Shown: positions 37,701 through 48,085 of the stretch, piece by piece | Numbering within the stretch: position 1 is the first letter of the stretch | Layout: each line of letters begins with the position of its first letter | Assembly (NCBI GenBank): GCA_045606105.1 | Contig: JAZURI010000001.1 | Span: 1 to 64,000 of the forward strand | Reading direction: 5' to 3' | Length of the DNA: 64,000 nt | From: Spirochaetia bacterium | GTDB taxonomy: Bacteria; Spirochaetota; Spirochaetia; CADAEX01 | The notes under the pieces: generated by a model | Database searches by the model: none | Seen by the model: the letters and a program-made list of their open reading frames with translations, nothing else | What the model was told of the DNA's origin: nothing | Position numbers and translations under genes: made by a program

Positions 37701-38921
37701 TCATATCATAAGCCGTGCCATTACCTTGGCATCATTTACAAGATTGTCGATAACGGCATATTCGTTGGGCATGTGCATGGAATCCTCGATGGTGGACCAT
37801 ACTGCCACATTAAGCCCCAGGTTCCTGAGATGGGCGGCCACTGTGGCTCCGCTGCTTCCCACAGCTTTTGCTTCCCGGCCCGAAACCTCCAGAATGGCCT
37901 TTTTCAGCCTGGTGCAGATTTCGCTGTTCATGTCCGAGGCCTTTGAAACGCTGTGCTGTACCGGCTCCACGGTTACCTTTACTCCGTGCTTTTCCTCCAC
38001 GGCCCGGCAGTGTCCTCCGATTTTTGCCATTACCTCGTCAGTATCTATTTCGGGAAGAACCCTGCAGTCCATGTAGAAGATGTCGCTGCCGGGTATGGTA
38101 TTTACATTCGGGACATTTGCCTCCTTCTTGGTAGGGCTGAAAGTGGAGTACGGTGTATCGAACAGCTCGTTCCTGATTCCGGAATATTCGTCCTGCAGGG
38201 AGTGGAGCCTGATTGCCAGGTCGCAGCCTGCCAGGAAGGCATTCTTTCCGGCAGAAGGATAGGCCCCGTGGCACTGTACCCCTTCCGTGGTTATCCTGAA
38301 CCAGAAGACATTCTTTTCCGCAATCTGGATTTCGTCCCCGGTGGCAGTGCCTGAATCCGGAACCAGAACCAGGTCGTCGGCGGAGAAAAGGTCGGGATAT
38401 CTGTCTATGATGTGGATGATGCCGTAATCGGAGCCTACCTCCTCATCGGCCACAAACAGGAGCTTTACATTGTATTCCGGCACAATACCGTTTTCCTTCA
38501 GTGCCAGGGCTGCCATGACGGAGCATACCATTCCCTGCTGGTTGTCCTCTGTTCCCCGGCCGTAGAGACGCCCATCCTTTTCGGTAACGGTGAATGGGTC
38601 TGTTTCCCAAAGGTCGGTGTTTCCGGGCGGAACCACATCCAGGTGGCTCATTATCCACAGGGTTCTGCCGCTGTTCCTGCCCGGAACGGTAAGGATAAGG
38701 TTTGGTCTGATTCCTGAGGGAACCCTTTCATCAGGAGCGTTGATATATGTAAAGTTGTCAAAGCCTCTGCCTCTGAGCCAGTTCTCAAGGGCCCGGGCCT
38801 TTTCTGCTTCTCCCTCTCCGCCCGATACGGGTGAAATTGCGGGAATCGAGGAAAGGAGAGTCTCCAGCTCAATAATGGTTTTTCTGTTCTCTTCAATAAA
38901 TTTGTCGATTGTATTATTCAT
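37701..38921 (-). CDS. M20 family metallohydrolase (DapE/ArgE-like)
   Basis: SHLDVVP, GRGTED, DEE, H.PNEY. Start ATG 38921. Confidence 0.9.
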   Translation of the reverse strand: MNNTIDKFIEENRKTIIELETLLSSIPAISPVSGGEGEAEKARALENWLRGRGFDNFTYINAPDERVPSGIRPNLILTVPGRNSGRTLWIMSHLDVVPPGNTDLWETDPFTVTEKDGRLYGRGTEDNQQGMVCSVMAALALKENGIVPEYNVKLLFVADEEVGSDYGIIHIIDRYPDLFSADDLVLVPDSGTATGDEIQIAEKNVFWFRITTEGVQCHGAYPSAGKNAFLAGCDLAIRLHSLQDEYSGIRNELFDTPYSTFSPTKKEANVPNVNTIPGSDIFYMDCRVLPEIDTDEVMAKIGGHCRAVEEKHGVKVTVEPVQHSVSKASDMNSEICTRLKKAILEVSGREAKAVGSSGATVAAHLRNLGLNVAVWSTIEDSMHMPNEYAVIDNLVNDAKVMARLMI

Positions 38922-38979
38922 TGTTTTATTATAATATTCTCTTTGAAAAAAGTATACTGAATTTTCAAGCGGAGGTAAA

Positions 38980-40260
38980 ATGAGGTTCCTGTGGATTCTT
39001 TTTGTTCTGACCCTTATGTCCTGCTCCAACAAGATGGGGTATTTTCTCGTGGTTTGGCCTGGAGAGGGTGTGGAAATCGAAAATTCCTCCATTCTCCCTA
39101 TCAAATCGGAATCAAATCTCCGCGGAACATACATTCTCAGCCTCGGAAACAAGAAATATGCCGAAATAGACAAGTTCAGAGGCTTCTATTTCAAGAAAGA
39201 GGAGGAGGCGGCAGCTTTCAGGGAGACTCTGGAGCCTTTCAGGAATTCCTATGCCTATGCAAAGAAAAAGACACCGGTAAGGGAGGAGGCCAGCGAGCTG
39301 AGCTCCAGGATCTATATTCTCCGGGAAAGTCAGATAATCAAGGTAATAGGCAGGGGCGAGGAAAAGGTGAAGATAGGGGAGACCCTTGAAGGATACTGGT
39401 ACAGGATCATTACCGATGACGGTGTAACAGGCTACTGCTTTGACCGCAACCTGGCTTTCTTCGAGGATGACGGCTCGGAAAAACAGGGGCCCAAAACCGA
39501 AAAAAAGCAATATCTGGACAAATTCTTTGCAGAAACCTGGTATCCGGAAGCCTACAAGGAAACTGCGGAAAGCCCATATCCTCTTCTCAGCCGTCTCCGC
39601 AGCGGTGAGCATCTGAAGGGGGACAGGGACAAGAAGGAGGTGGTGCTGGTAACCGGGGATTCGGAAATCAGGTTCCGCTATACATCTGTCACTGAGGTGA
39701 ATGACAATACTTTCGTTCTGGGGGGAACCCCTCTGGAGCTTCTTTTCTATCCTGACGGAAAGCTTTTTATCAGGTATTCCCACAAGGGTATCGACTGCTC
39801 CGGCTTCTATGTCCTGCTGGAAAAGCCGCTGGAGGAATACATTGCTGCCGAAACCGAAAAGAAGGAGCAGGAATATGCCGAACTTCTGGGTGGCGATACA
39901 GCCTTCTTCATAAGTGAAAACGGAGGTGTCCTGGGCTTTGATTCCACACGCAGCTTCTACTGGGGCGAGCATTACGGTCTTGAGGAGATAATCCCGCCGG
40001 AATACGGTGTCAGGGGGCTTGTGGGCAACAGCTGCTATGTAAGCCGGAGCCTCAGCAGGAGCAGGGGTTACAAGGGAGTTCTCACCCTGACCTTCACAGA
40101 CAGTGCTGCAGAGCTTGACTTCATTTACAGGAAGCTGAAAAGCGGAATACTGGAGCTGGTATACATTCCTTCGGAATACATTCAGGACGGCGTGGTATCG
40201 GGAATACCGAGCGATGCCAGAAAAATCAATTTCAGACCTATGACAGAGGAAACGGAATAA
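38980..40260 (+). CDS. Lipoprotein with SH3-like domain
   Basis: Lipobox LMSC; VRE...IYILRE.QIIKV...GYWYRIITDDGVTGYCF. Confidence 0.7.
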   Translation: MRFLWILFVLTLMSCSNKMGYFLVVWPGEGVEIENSSILPIKSESNLRGTYILSLGNKKYAEIDKFRGFYFKKEEEAAAFRETLEPFRNSYAYAKKKTPVREEASELSSRIYILRESQIIKVIGRGEEKVKIGETLEGYWYRIITDDGVTGYCFDRNLAFFEDDGSEKQGPKTEKKQYLDKFFAETWYPEAYKETAESPYPLLSRLRSGEHLKGDRDKKEVVLVTGDSEIRFRYTSVTEVNDNTFVLGGTPLELLFYPDGKLFIRYSHKGIDCSGFYVLLEKPLEEYIAAETEKKEQEYAELLGGDTAFFISENGGVLGFDSTRSFYWGEHYGLEEIIPPEYGVRGLVGNSCYVSRSLSRSRGYKGVLTLTFTDSAAELDFIYRKLKSGILELVYIPSEYIQDGVVSGIPSDARKINFRPMTEETE

Positions 40261-42200
40261 TGGCTTTTGTTAATCTTTCCGGGGTTTCCATTGCTTTCGG
40301 CGACAGGGATGTACTGAAGGATGCAAACCTCAACATAAACCAGTCCACCAGGGCTGCCATAGCCGGGGCCAACGGCAGCGGCAAGACCACTTTTCTTAAG
40401 ATAATGGCCGGTGTTACAGCTCCGGACCGGGGAACCATGACGGTTCAGAAGGGGACCAGGATAAGCTATCTTCCTCAGGCAGGGCTCTCCCATTCGGGAC
40501 TTACCCTCATGGAGGAGACCGAAAAGTCCTTTTCATATTTCCATTCCCTGCTGGAAAAGCGGGAAATCATAGGTCGGAGACTGGAAAACTACAGGGAGGA
40601 GACAAAGGAGGAGGCTCAGCGTCTTATCGAGGAGGAGCACGAAATCCAGGAACAGCTTCTGGAAAGCGGCTTCTACGACAGGAATGCGGTGAAGGAGAAG
40701 ATCCTTCTGGGTCTGGGCTTCAGGAGAAGCGATTTTGACAAACGTACCGAAGCCTTTTCCGGAGGATGGCAGATGAGAATCGCCCTGGCAAAGATACTGC
40801 TGGAAAATCCCGATATCCTTCTTCTTGACGAGCCTACCAACTATCTGGACCTGGAGGCCCGTATCTGGCTGGAGGACTTTCTTGCAGCCTTCAAGGGGGG
40901 CGTGGTGGTTGTATCCCACGACAGGTCCTTCCTCGATGTTACGGTCAACGAGATATACGAGCTTTTCAACGGAAAGCTGAACCGGTACAAGGGAAACTAT
41001 TCCGAGTACGAAACCCGGCGGGCGGCGGAACTGGAGGCTCTTGTGGAGCGGTACAAGCAGCAGCAGGAGGAGATAGCCAGAACCGAGTTCTTTATCCGTC
41101 GTTTCAGGTATCAGGCCACCAAGGCCAAGCAGGTACAGAGCCGTGTGAAATATCTTGAAGGGCTGGAGCGCATCGAGATTCCCGAAAGCCTCAAGAAAAT
41201 GCATTTTTCATTTCCGAAGCCGCCCCATTCGGGCAATGATGTCCTTATGATCGAGAACCTCAGCAAGGCCTTCGGGGAGAACCATGTTATCAACAATCTC
41301 GATTTTTATGCCTCCAGGGGAGAAAAGATAGTTTTTGCAGGTCGTAACGGAGCGGGAAAATCAACGCTCATGCGTATAATTGCCGGAGTGGACAGAAACC
41401 ATACCGGAACTGTCAGATATGGCACCGATGTAAAGATCGAATATTTCTCTCAGGATTTCGAGGCTACCCTGGATAACGAAAAGACAGTGGAGGAGGAGAT
41501 AGAAGCCTCCGCGCCCACAGAGCTGATTCCTTCGATACGAAGCCTTCTGGGGGCATTCCTCTTCAGGGGTGATGATATCTACAAGAAAATCTCTGTTCTC
41601 AGCGGCGGAGAGAAAAACAGGATAGCACTTCTCAAGATGCTTCTTCATCCGGCCAACCTCCTTATCCTGGACGAGCCCACAAACCATCTTGACCTCATAT
41701 CCAAGGATATTCTCCTGGAGGCGCTGAAATCCTATACCGGTACCGTTCTTTTCGTATCCCACGACAGGTACTTCATAGAAAATCTGGCCGACAGGGTATT
41801 GGAACTGGGAGACGGCAAGGCTGTCAGCTATCTCGGCAGCTATTCCTATTACCTGGAAAAGAAGGCTCAGGAGGAGGCCGGAGCCGGAGCTGCGGCAGAG
41901 CAGCCTAAAGTCCAGACAAAGACTGCGGTCCGTCCCGACAGGGAGGAGGCCAAGCAGCGCAAGCGGGATATCCGGAAGCTGGAGCGGGAGCTGGAGACAG
42001 TGATGACAGAGCTGGATGAGCTGGACAGCCGTTGCTCCGGACTTAATGAGAAAATGGCAGATCCGGCCAACTATTCGGACGGAGCAAAGATAAAGAAACT
42101 CAAGGAAGAGCTTGAGGAGGCGGAAAGGCTCAGGGATGAGAAAACCCTCCGCTGGGAAGAGATCGAGGAGGCACTGGCACTCCTCAGGGAGCAGCAATGA
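40260..42200 (+). CDS. ABC-F family ATP-binding protein
   Basis: Two NBDs (GANGSGKTT, FSGGW, DEPTN; GRNGAGKST, LSGGE), no TM segments, C-terminal coiled coil. Confidence 0.93.
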   Translation: MAFVNLSGVSIAFGDRDVLKDANLNINQSTRAAIAGANGSGKTTFLKIMAGVTAPDRGTMTVQKGTRISYLPQAGLSHSGLTLMEETEKSFSYFHSLLEKREIIGRRLENYREETKEEAQRLIEEEHEIQEQLLESGFYDRNAVKEKILLGLGFRRSDFDKRTEAFSGGWQMRIALAKILLENPDILLLDEPTNYLDLEARIWLEDFLAAFKGGVVVVSHDRSFLDVTVNEIYELFNGKLNRYKGNYSEYETRRAAELEALVERYKQQQEEIARTEFFIRRFRYQATKAKQVQSRVKYLEGLERIEIPESLKKMHFSFPKPPHSGNDVLMIENLSKAFGENHVINNLDFYASRGEKIVFAGRNGAGKSTLMRIIAGVDRNHTGTVRYGTDVKIEYFSQDFEATLDNEKTVEEEIEASAPTELIPSIRSLLGAFLFRGDDIYKKISVLSGGEKNRIALLKMLLHPANLLILDEPTNHLDLISKDILLEALKSYTGTVLFVSHDRYFIENLADRVLELGDGKAVSYLGSYSYYLEKKAQEEAGAGAAAEQPKVQTKTAVRPDREEAKQRKRDIRKLERELETVMTELDELDSRCSGLNEKMADPANYSDGAKIKKLKEELEEAERLRDEKTLRWEEIEEALALLREQQ

Positions 42201-42787
42201 CAGAACAGGACAGAAGGCTGGTATGGACCGAGACCGCAGCCGGAGAGGAACGGGATTACGGCATATTCAGGACATGTATATCGGAAATGAAGGCCCCTGA
42301 CGGCCGGGAAGGGAATTTCGTAAGGGTAAAGGCTCCTGACTGGATTTATATAGTTGCGGTAGTCAGGGACGACTCCGGCAGGGACTGCTTTCTTATGGTC
42401 CGGCAGTACAGGCACGGTACAGGAAGGATAACCACCGAGTTTCCGGCCGGAACGGTGGAGCCGGGTGAGGATCCCATGGAGACTGCATTCCGGGAGCTGA
42501 AGGAAGAGACCGGCTACGAGGCCGAAAAGATGACCCTGATAGGAAGCGTCAATACCCACTGTGCCATGATGAACAATACCTGTTATACTTTCTTTGCCGA
42601 AGGACTCAGGAAAACCTCAGGCCAGGATTTGGACTACGATGAGACCATAGATGTGGTCCTGGTGCCGGTGGAGGAGGCGGAAAAAGGGTTCGGCAGCGGG
42701 GAACTGACGGAGGCCATGTGCATATCTGCCCATTATTGGTACATTAAGATGAAAAAAATTGGTGCAGAATATGGACAAGAAAAATAA
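42197..42787 (+). CDS. NUDIX hydrolase
   Basis: QYRHG, PAGTVEPGE...AFRELKEETG. Confidence 0.92.
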   Translation: MTEQDRRLVWTETAAGEERDYGIFRTCISEMKAPDGREGNFVRVKAPDWIYIVAVVRDDSGRDCFLMVRQYRHGTGRITTEFPAGTVEPGEDPMETAFRELKEETGYEAEKMTLIGSVNTHCAMMNNTCYTFFAEGLRKTSGQDLDYDETIDVVLVPVEEAEKGFGSGELTEAMCISAHYWYIKMKKIGAEYGQEK

Positions 42788-42800
42788 TTATTGTTATAGT
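42772..42800 (+). promoter_or_regulatory. Sigma-70 promoter for tRNA-Cys
   Basis: TGGACA-17 bp-TATAGT, 10 nt before the tRNA. Confidence 0.6.
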
Positions 42801-42810
42801 TAAACAACAC

Positions 42811-42882
42811 GGCGCCCTACCCAAGCGGTAAGGGAGCGGTCTGCAAAACCGTTATGCAGCGGTTCGAATCCGCTGGGCGCCT
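42811..42882 (+). tRNA. tRNA-Cys(GCA), CCA not encoded
   Basis: Acceptor stem GGCGCCC/GGGCGCC, discriminator U, anticodon loop CTGCAAA, T-arm GCGGTTCGAATCCGC. Confidence 0.96.
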
Positions 42883-42886
42883 CTAT

Positions 42887-42913
42887 GTCTCCCTTTCGGG
42901 AGACTTTTTTTTT
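42887..42913 (+). terminator. Intrinsic terminator after tRNA
   Basis: GTCTCCC-TTTC-GGGAGAC followed by a T-tract. Confidence 0.85.
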
Positions 42914-42932
42914 ACTTGGACGGGGTTCATGT

Positions 42933-43553
42933 ATGAAGTTTTATAGACTGCCTGTAGGTATGCTTCAGACCAACTGCTACATCCTTGCCTGTGAGGAAAC
43001 CGGGAAGGCTGTGATAGTGGATCCGGGAGCAGAGCCGGACAAGATAGAGGCACTTCTTGAAAAAGAGGGGCTTGAGCCTGTAATGATTATCAATACCCAC
43101 GGTCATTTCGACCATATCGGATGTAACGGCTATTTCCACAGACGGGGTATTCCTGTTGCAATCCACAGCGCCGATTCAGGGCTCATGATGGACGGCGGTG
43201 GTGCATCTCTTGCCGGTATTCCCACCGAGCTCAACGAAAAGCCGGACATTCTCCTTGAGGAGGGAGGCTCCGTGGAATTCGGAAACGAGAAGATTGAGGT
43301 TATCTTCACACCGGGACATACACCGGGACACATAGCTCTCTGGCACAGGGAGGGAAAGAAGCTTTTCAGCGGCGATTCCCTTTTCTTCAGAAGCATCGGA
43401 CGGACCGACCTTCCCGGCGGAGACTACGACCTTCTTCTGGAAACACTGAATGAAAAAATCCTTACACTGCCGGCCGATACCGAGGTTTTTCCGGGGCACG
43501 GCCCTTCAACTGACATAATGTCGGAAAAACGGTTCAATCCGTGGTTCCAGTGA
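42933..43553 (+). CDS. MBL-fold metallohydrolase (glyoxalase II-like)
   Basis: THGHFDH, TPGHTPGH, GDSLF, GRTDLPGG, PGHG. Confidence 0.92.
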   Translation: MKFYRLPVGMLQTNCYILACEETGKAVIVDPGAEPDKIEALLEKEGLEPVMIINTHGHFDHIGCNGYFHRRGIPVAIHSADSGLMMDGGGASLAGIPTELNEKPDILLEEGGSVEFGNEKIEVIFTPGHTPGHIALWHREGKKLFSGDSLFFRSIGRTDLPGGDYDLLLETLNEKILTLPADTEVFPGHGPSTDIMSEKRFNPWFQ

Positions 43554-43563
43554 AAAAAGGGGG

Positions 43564-44364
43564 ATGACATTGGAAACAGTACTTAAGCTTGGAATGGTAT
43601 TTCTTGCCGTAGCATCAATATTCTTTCTTTCATACATATATCCTAATATCAAGACACCGAAGTGGGAAAGAAAGATAATTTCCGCAAGATATCTCAGGGA
43701 AAGAAAGCATTTCGACCTGGCAGATGAAATGATTGAGAAGACAATCGGTGAGTTTCCCGACAAGATTCCCCTTTATCTGGTCTATTATCAGTTTTACTCC
43801 ACACCGGAGGACATGAAAAAGATATATGATATCTTTGCCCGCGGGTACGAGCTTACAAAGGATACGGGACTGGGGGTTATCATGGCCCGCTTTCTTATCG
43901 AGGAGGGAGATACCGAAAAGGCTGCTCCGCTGCTTGAGGGAATCAAGGCTGAGGAATTCATGCTTACCCAGAACATGCCTGTATGGGCCGAATATCATTA
44001 CCGCAGAGGCGAGCTGGCCGAAGCTGAAAAGGCATTTGTGGATTTCTACGGAAAGCTTTATCCCGGCATTACCGAAGAGAAGGATCTCCTGTCAAATCTC
44101 CGTACCAATGAGCTGGCATTTCTCCCGCTGGTGAGAAGGCTTCAGGGAAAGAACTGGCGTACCGCCGTGGAATACATTCCTGTAAAATCCATCATGGAGG
44201 AAGAGGACTGGCTTTCATACTACCGTCAGCTGAAGGAAGAAAAAGGTTCCCTTACAGTGACATCCGGTATATACGGTCCTGTAGAAAATCTTTTTGAGTT
44301 CAGAAACGGTGAGCTCGAAAAGAAAACAGATATGCTCCGTGAAATTATGAAGATTTATACCTGA
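43564..44364 (+). CDS. Membrane-anchored hypothetical protein, TPR-like
   Basis: N-terminal TM segment followed by a helical-repeat pattern. Confidence 0.6.
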   Translation: MTLETVLKLGMVFLAVASIFFLSYIYPNIKTPKWERKIISARYLRERKHFDLADEMIEKTIGEFPDKIPLYLVYYQFYSTPEDMKKIYDIFARGYELTKDTGLGVIMARFLIEEGDTEKAAPLLEGIKAEEFMLTQNMPVWAEYHYRRGELAEAEKAFVDFYGKLYPGITEEKDLLSNLRTNELAFLPLVRRLQGKNWRTAVEYIPVKSIMEEEDWLSYYRQLKEEKGSLTVTSGIYGPVENLFEFRNGELEKKTDMLREIMKIYT

Positions 44365-44629
44365 AATCATCTATGATTGCCTGTATATGGGCAATCTGGA
44401 TTTCAGTAAGGCCTTCTGTTATAAGATAATGTTTTTCTGATCTTCCAAGAAGGAAATCGGTGGAAACGTCAAAATAGTCGGCAATTCTAATCAGCATATC
44501 TATTGAAGGCATGATGTTATCATTTTCCCAGTTTGAGATACTCTGTTTTGAGACTCCGAGGGTTTTTGCCAGTGTTGTCTGGCTGATACTTTTCTTGGTT
44601 CTAAGTAATTTTATTCTTTCGTTAAGCAT
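44345..44629 (-). CDS. XRE-family HTH regulator
   Basis: ISQTTLAKTLGVSKQSISNWEND..PS...IADYFDVSTDFLLG. Confidence 0.9.
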   Translation of the reverse strand: MLNERIKLLRTKKSISQTTLAKTLGVSKQSISNWENDNIMPSIDMLIRIADYFDVSTDFLLGRSEKHYLITEGLTEIQIAHIQAIIDDFRYKSS

Positions 44630-44827
44630 AAGTGACCCAATTTGTTTTTTAATAACTAAAAAAGTATATTTTAAAATCTTGCTTCATAATAAATACTAAA
44701 GTATTGAAACAGTTGCTTACAAGTATCTGTATTTTGTATTTTTTTATTTTTTAAGTCTATTGTAAGAAAAATCCGTTTGCTATATATTGATTATACCATA
44801 TTTTTATGTGTTTTCGTGGAGGAAGTT

Positions 44828-45037
44828 TTGATAGGAAAACCTATAATATCCATTCAACGCTGTAAGGGCTGCGGACTTTGTATCGGTTCATGCCCTAAGA
44901 ACATCCTTGAAATGTCAAAAGAGACAAACAGGCAGGGTGTTCACTATCCGGTGTGTATAAATGAAGAGGCATGCATCGCTTGTACATTCTGTGCAACCAT
45001 GTGTCCTGATGTAGCAATTGAAATTATAAAATATTAA
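44828..45037 (+). CDS. 2-oxoacid:ferredoxin oxidoreductase delta subunit (2[4Fe-4S])
   Basis: CKGCGLCIGSCP and CIACTFCATMCP; TTG start after GGAGG. Confidence 0.85.
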   Translation: MIGKPIISIQRCKGCGLCIGSCPKNILEMSKETNRQGVHYPVCINEEACIACTFCATMCPDVAIEIIKY

Positions 45038-45051
45038 AAGAGTGTTTTGAT

Positions 45052-46101
45052 ATGAGTGAAAAAATTCTTATGAAAGGAAATGAAGCGATAGGAGAAGCCG
45101 CAATCCTCGCCGGTTGCCGCCACTATTTTGCTTATCCTATTACTCCTCAGAATGAAATTCCTGCTTATCTGGCAAAGAGAATGCCTGAAATCGGAGGTAC
45201 TTTCCTTCAGGCCGAAAGCGAGCTTGCTGCCGTAAGCATGGTTATGGGTGCTGCTGCCGGCGGTGCCAGAGTAATGACATCATCATCTTCCCCGGGAATC
45301 TCCCTCAAGCAGGAAGGAATTTCATATATGTCAGGAGCTCAGCTCCCTGCAGTTATCGTCAACATGATGAGAGGCGGTCCGGGTCTCGGAAATATCGCAG
45401 GTGCCCAGGGAGACTACTTCCAGGCAACACGCGGAGGCGGAAACGGAGATTATCATGTTCTGGTCATCGCACCGGGAACAGTACAGGAGCTTGCCGACTA
45501 TACAGTAAAGGCTTTCGAGCTTGCAGACAAATACAGGATTGTTGTAATGATCCTGGGAGACGGATATCTGGGACAGATGTCTGAGCCTCTCGTATTCCCT
45601 AAGGCTGTTGAAAAGCTTCCTGAAAAGGACTGGGCTCTCACAGGTGCAAAGGGAAGAGATCCTCACATCATCGCATCCCTCAGACTCAATCCGGACAACT
45701 ATCTGGAGCAGCATGTATACAATCTCATGAAGATCTACGGCGAAATCGAGGAAAACGAGGTTATCTACGATACCCAGTATATGGATGATGCCGATTTCAT
45801 GATCGTTTCCTACGGTACATGTTCAAGAATCTGCAAGAAGGCAATCAGGGCTCTCAGGGCAGAGGGAATCAAGGTAGGACTTTTCAGACCGATCACACTG
45901 TGGCCATTCCCAAAGAAGGAAATTGCAGAATATGCAAAGAAGGTAAAGAAGATCCTTACAGTTGAAATGAGCATGGGACAGATGGTTCAGGATGTTCAGA
46001 TCAATGCCGGAAAATATGCCGATATCGATTTCTACGGCAGACCGGGCGGAATGCTTCCTGAGGTAGACAAAATCATTCAGAGGGTTAAGAGTTATGTCTG
46101 A
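45052..46101 (+). CDS. vorB: 2-oxoacid:ferredoxin oxidoreductase alpha-type subunit (2-ketoisovalerate oxidoreductase VorB-like)
   Basis: KGNEA, YPITPQ, QAESE, SSSPGISLK, RGGPGLG, GGGNGDY. Confidence 0.88.
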   Translation: MSEKILMKGNEAIGEAAILAGCRHYFAYPITPQNEIPAYLAKRMPEIGGTFLQAESELAAVSMVMGAAAGGARVMTSSSSPGISLKQEGISYMSGAQLPAVIVNMMRGGPGLGNIAGAQGDYFQATRGGGNGDYHVLVIAPGTVQELADYTVKAFELADKYRIVVMILGDGYLGQMSEPLVFPKAVEKLPEKDWALTGAKGRDPHIIASLRLNPDNYLEQHVYNLMKIYGEIEENEVIYDTQYMDDADFMIVSYGTCSRICKKAIRALRAEGIKVGLFRPITLWPFPKKEIAEYAKKVKKILTVEMSMGQMVQDVQINAGKYADIDFYGRPGGMLPEVDKIIQRVKSYV

Positions 46102-46849
46102 AGAAAAAATTTATTCATTTCCTAAATCATTGAAGGATGTAAATACACATTACTGTGCAGGCTGCGGACACGGAATCGTGCACAAGCTCATTGCCCAGAT
46201 CATGGATGAGTTCGGAATCCAGGAAAAGACCCTTCTGGTTGCTCCTGTAGGATGTTCCGTTCTTGCATACAACTATATCAAGGCTGACGGACTTGAAGCA
46301 GCTCACGGAAGAGCTCCTGCGGTTTCAACAGGACTCAAGAGAGTTCACAAGGACAAGATCGTTATCTGCTACCAGGGAGACGGAGACCTTCTGGCTATCG
46401 GTACAGGCGAGACAGTTCATGCCGCAAACAGAGGAGAACATATTACCGTTATCTTCATCAACAACGCTATCTACGGTATGACAGGCGGACAGATGGCTCC
46501 TACCACAATGGAAGGACAGGTAACCAAGACCACTCCTTACGGAAGAAATCCTTCTGAAGTGGGCTGGCCTATCAGAGCCTGTGAAATGCTCAATACCCTT
46601 GAGGCTCCTTACTACATCGAGCGCTGCAGTGTTCACGATGTAAAGAGCATCAACAAGACCAAGAAAGCCATCAGAAAGGCTCTCCAGTATCAGATGGAGG
46701 ACAGAGGATACTCCTTCGTTGAGATTCTTTCCATGTGTCCTACAAACTGGGGTATCGCACCTGACAAGGCTGCAGACTGGGTTCGCGATGTAATGGGCGA
46801 GTACTATCCTGTAAAACTGTTCAGGGATAAAGGAGCGGAAACAAAATGA
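46094..46849 (+). CDS. 2-oxoacid:ferredoxin oxidoreductase beta (TPP-binding) subunit
   Basis: YCAGCGH, HGRAPA, GDGD, NNAIYGMTGGQ, CPT. Confidence 0.9.
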   Translation: MSEEKIYSFPKSLKDVNTHYCAGCGHGIVHKLIAQIMDEFGIQEKTLLVAPVGCSVLAYNYIKADGLEAAHGRAPAVSTGLKRVHKDKIVICYQGDGDLLAIGTGETVHAANRGEHITVIFINNAIYGMTGGQMAPTTMEGQVTKTTPYGRNPSEVGWPIRACEMLNTLEAPYYIERCSVHDVKSINKTKKAIRKALQYQMEDRGYSFVEILSMCPTNWGIAPDKAADWVRDVMGEYYPVKLFRDKGAETK

Positions 46850-47391
46850 CAAAAGAGATAATTTTTGCCGGCTTCGGCGGTCAGGGTGTTATTCTGGCCG
46901 GAAAGATTCTTTGTATCGCAGCAATGAAAGAGGATAAGTATGTTTCTCATATCCCATCCTACGGAGCTGAAATGAGAGGGGGAACAGCAAACTGCAGTGT
47001 GGTTATCGCAGACGAGGAAATCGCATCTCCTGTAGTTGAAAACCCGGATATCTGTATTGTTCTCAACAAGCCTTCAATGGACAAGTTCGTACCAAGAATG
47101 AAGAAGGGCGGAGTTCTTATTTACAATACATCACTTATCGAGGATAAACCTTCAAGGGATGATATTACAGTTATCGGAATCGATGCAAACAAGGTAGCTG
47201 CAGAAAACGGAAGCGAAAGAGCTGCAAACATGGTGGCACTGGGTGCTCTCGTTAAGGCTGAGCCATGGCTTTCAAAGGTGGAATCCTTCGAATATGCTCT
47301 TGATCAGGCTATTTCCGCAAGAAACAAGAAATTCAACGAAATTAACCTTAAAGTCATTAAGGCTGGTTTTGACCTAATTACAAAGGCGTAG
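46846..47391 (+). CDS. 2-oxoacid:ferredoxin oxidoreductase gamma subunit
   Basis: AGFGGQG, SYGAEMRGG, NMVALG. Confidence 0.9.
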   Translation: MTKEIIFAGFGGQGVILAGKILCIAAMKEDKYVSHIPSYGAEMRGGTANCSVVIADEEIASPVVENPDICIVLNKPSMDKFVPRMKKGGVLIYNTSLIEDKPSRDDITVIGIDANKVAAENGSERAANMVALGALVKAEPWLSKVESFEYALDQAISARNKKFNEINLKVIKAGFDLITKA

Positions 47392-47418
47392 GCTTTCTGT
47401 AGTAAGCTGTTATTGCAC

Positions 47419-47450
47419 AAAGCCGAGGAAGTAAAGCCTCGGCTTTTTTT
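47419..47450 (+). terminator. Intrinsic terminator
   Basis: AAAGCCGAGG...CCTCGGCTTT followed by a T-tract. Confidence 0.8.
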
Positions 47451-47500
47451 ATCTTAATACGAATATTTTTTAAATTTTTTATATAAATTTGGAGGAAAAA

Positions 47501-48076
47501 ATGAGTCAGAAAAACAAAATCGGAGCCAGAATCAAGCTTTTCAGGGAAAGCAGGAACCTTACTATTGAAGATATTGCAGAAAGATCAGGTCTTGCACTGG
47601 GCGAAGTTAAGGCAATCGAAAACGGAGATCTAATTCCGGGACTCACTCCTCTAATTAAAATTGCACGTGTTCTCTGTGTAAGTCTGGGAACCTTCCTGGA
47701 CGATGTGGAAAATATCGGCCCTGTGGTAAACAGGAAGAACGAGGAAAAGGAAGTGAACAGGTTTTCCGAAAAGGAGAATGCCCAGACTTCCGATCTTAAC
47801 TTCTTCTCTCTTGCACAGAACAAGACCGGACGCCATATGGAGCCGTTTGTTATCGACGTGCTTCCGGGCTCCAGCAAGGATTTCCATCTTTCAACCCATG
47901 AGGGAGAGGAATTTATCTTTGTCCTGAAGGGAAAGATCGAGGTAATCTACGGAAAAGACAAATATGAACTTTCGGCAGGAGACAGTATCTACTACGATTC
48001 AATCGTGCATCATCATCTCCATGCGGCAGAGGATGCCCCTGCAAAAATTCTGGCTGTGGTTTATACACCGGCATAA
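47501..48076 (+). CDS. XRE-HTH + cupin regulator (module 1)
   Basis: N-terminal HTH; HEGEEF...GDSIYYDS..HH. Confidence 0.9.
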   Translation: MSQKNKIGARIKLFRESRNLTIEDIAERSGLALGEVKAIENGDLIPGLTPLIKIARVLCVSLGTFLDDVENIGPVVNRKNEEKEVNRFSEKENAQTSDLNFFSLAQNKTGRHMEPFVIDVLPGSSKDFHLSTHEGEEFIFVLKGKIEVIYGKDKYELSAGDSIYYDSIVHHHLHAAEDAPAKILAVVYTPA

Positions 48077-48085
48077 GGAGCAGAC

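Noticed and set aside
42811-44700. Integrative element at tRNA-Cys
   Set aside because: No integrase and no duplicated tRNA 3' end seen; the downstream genes look like housekeeping genes.
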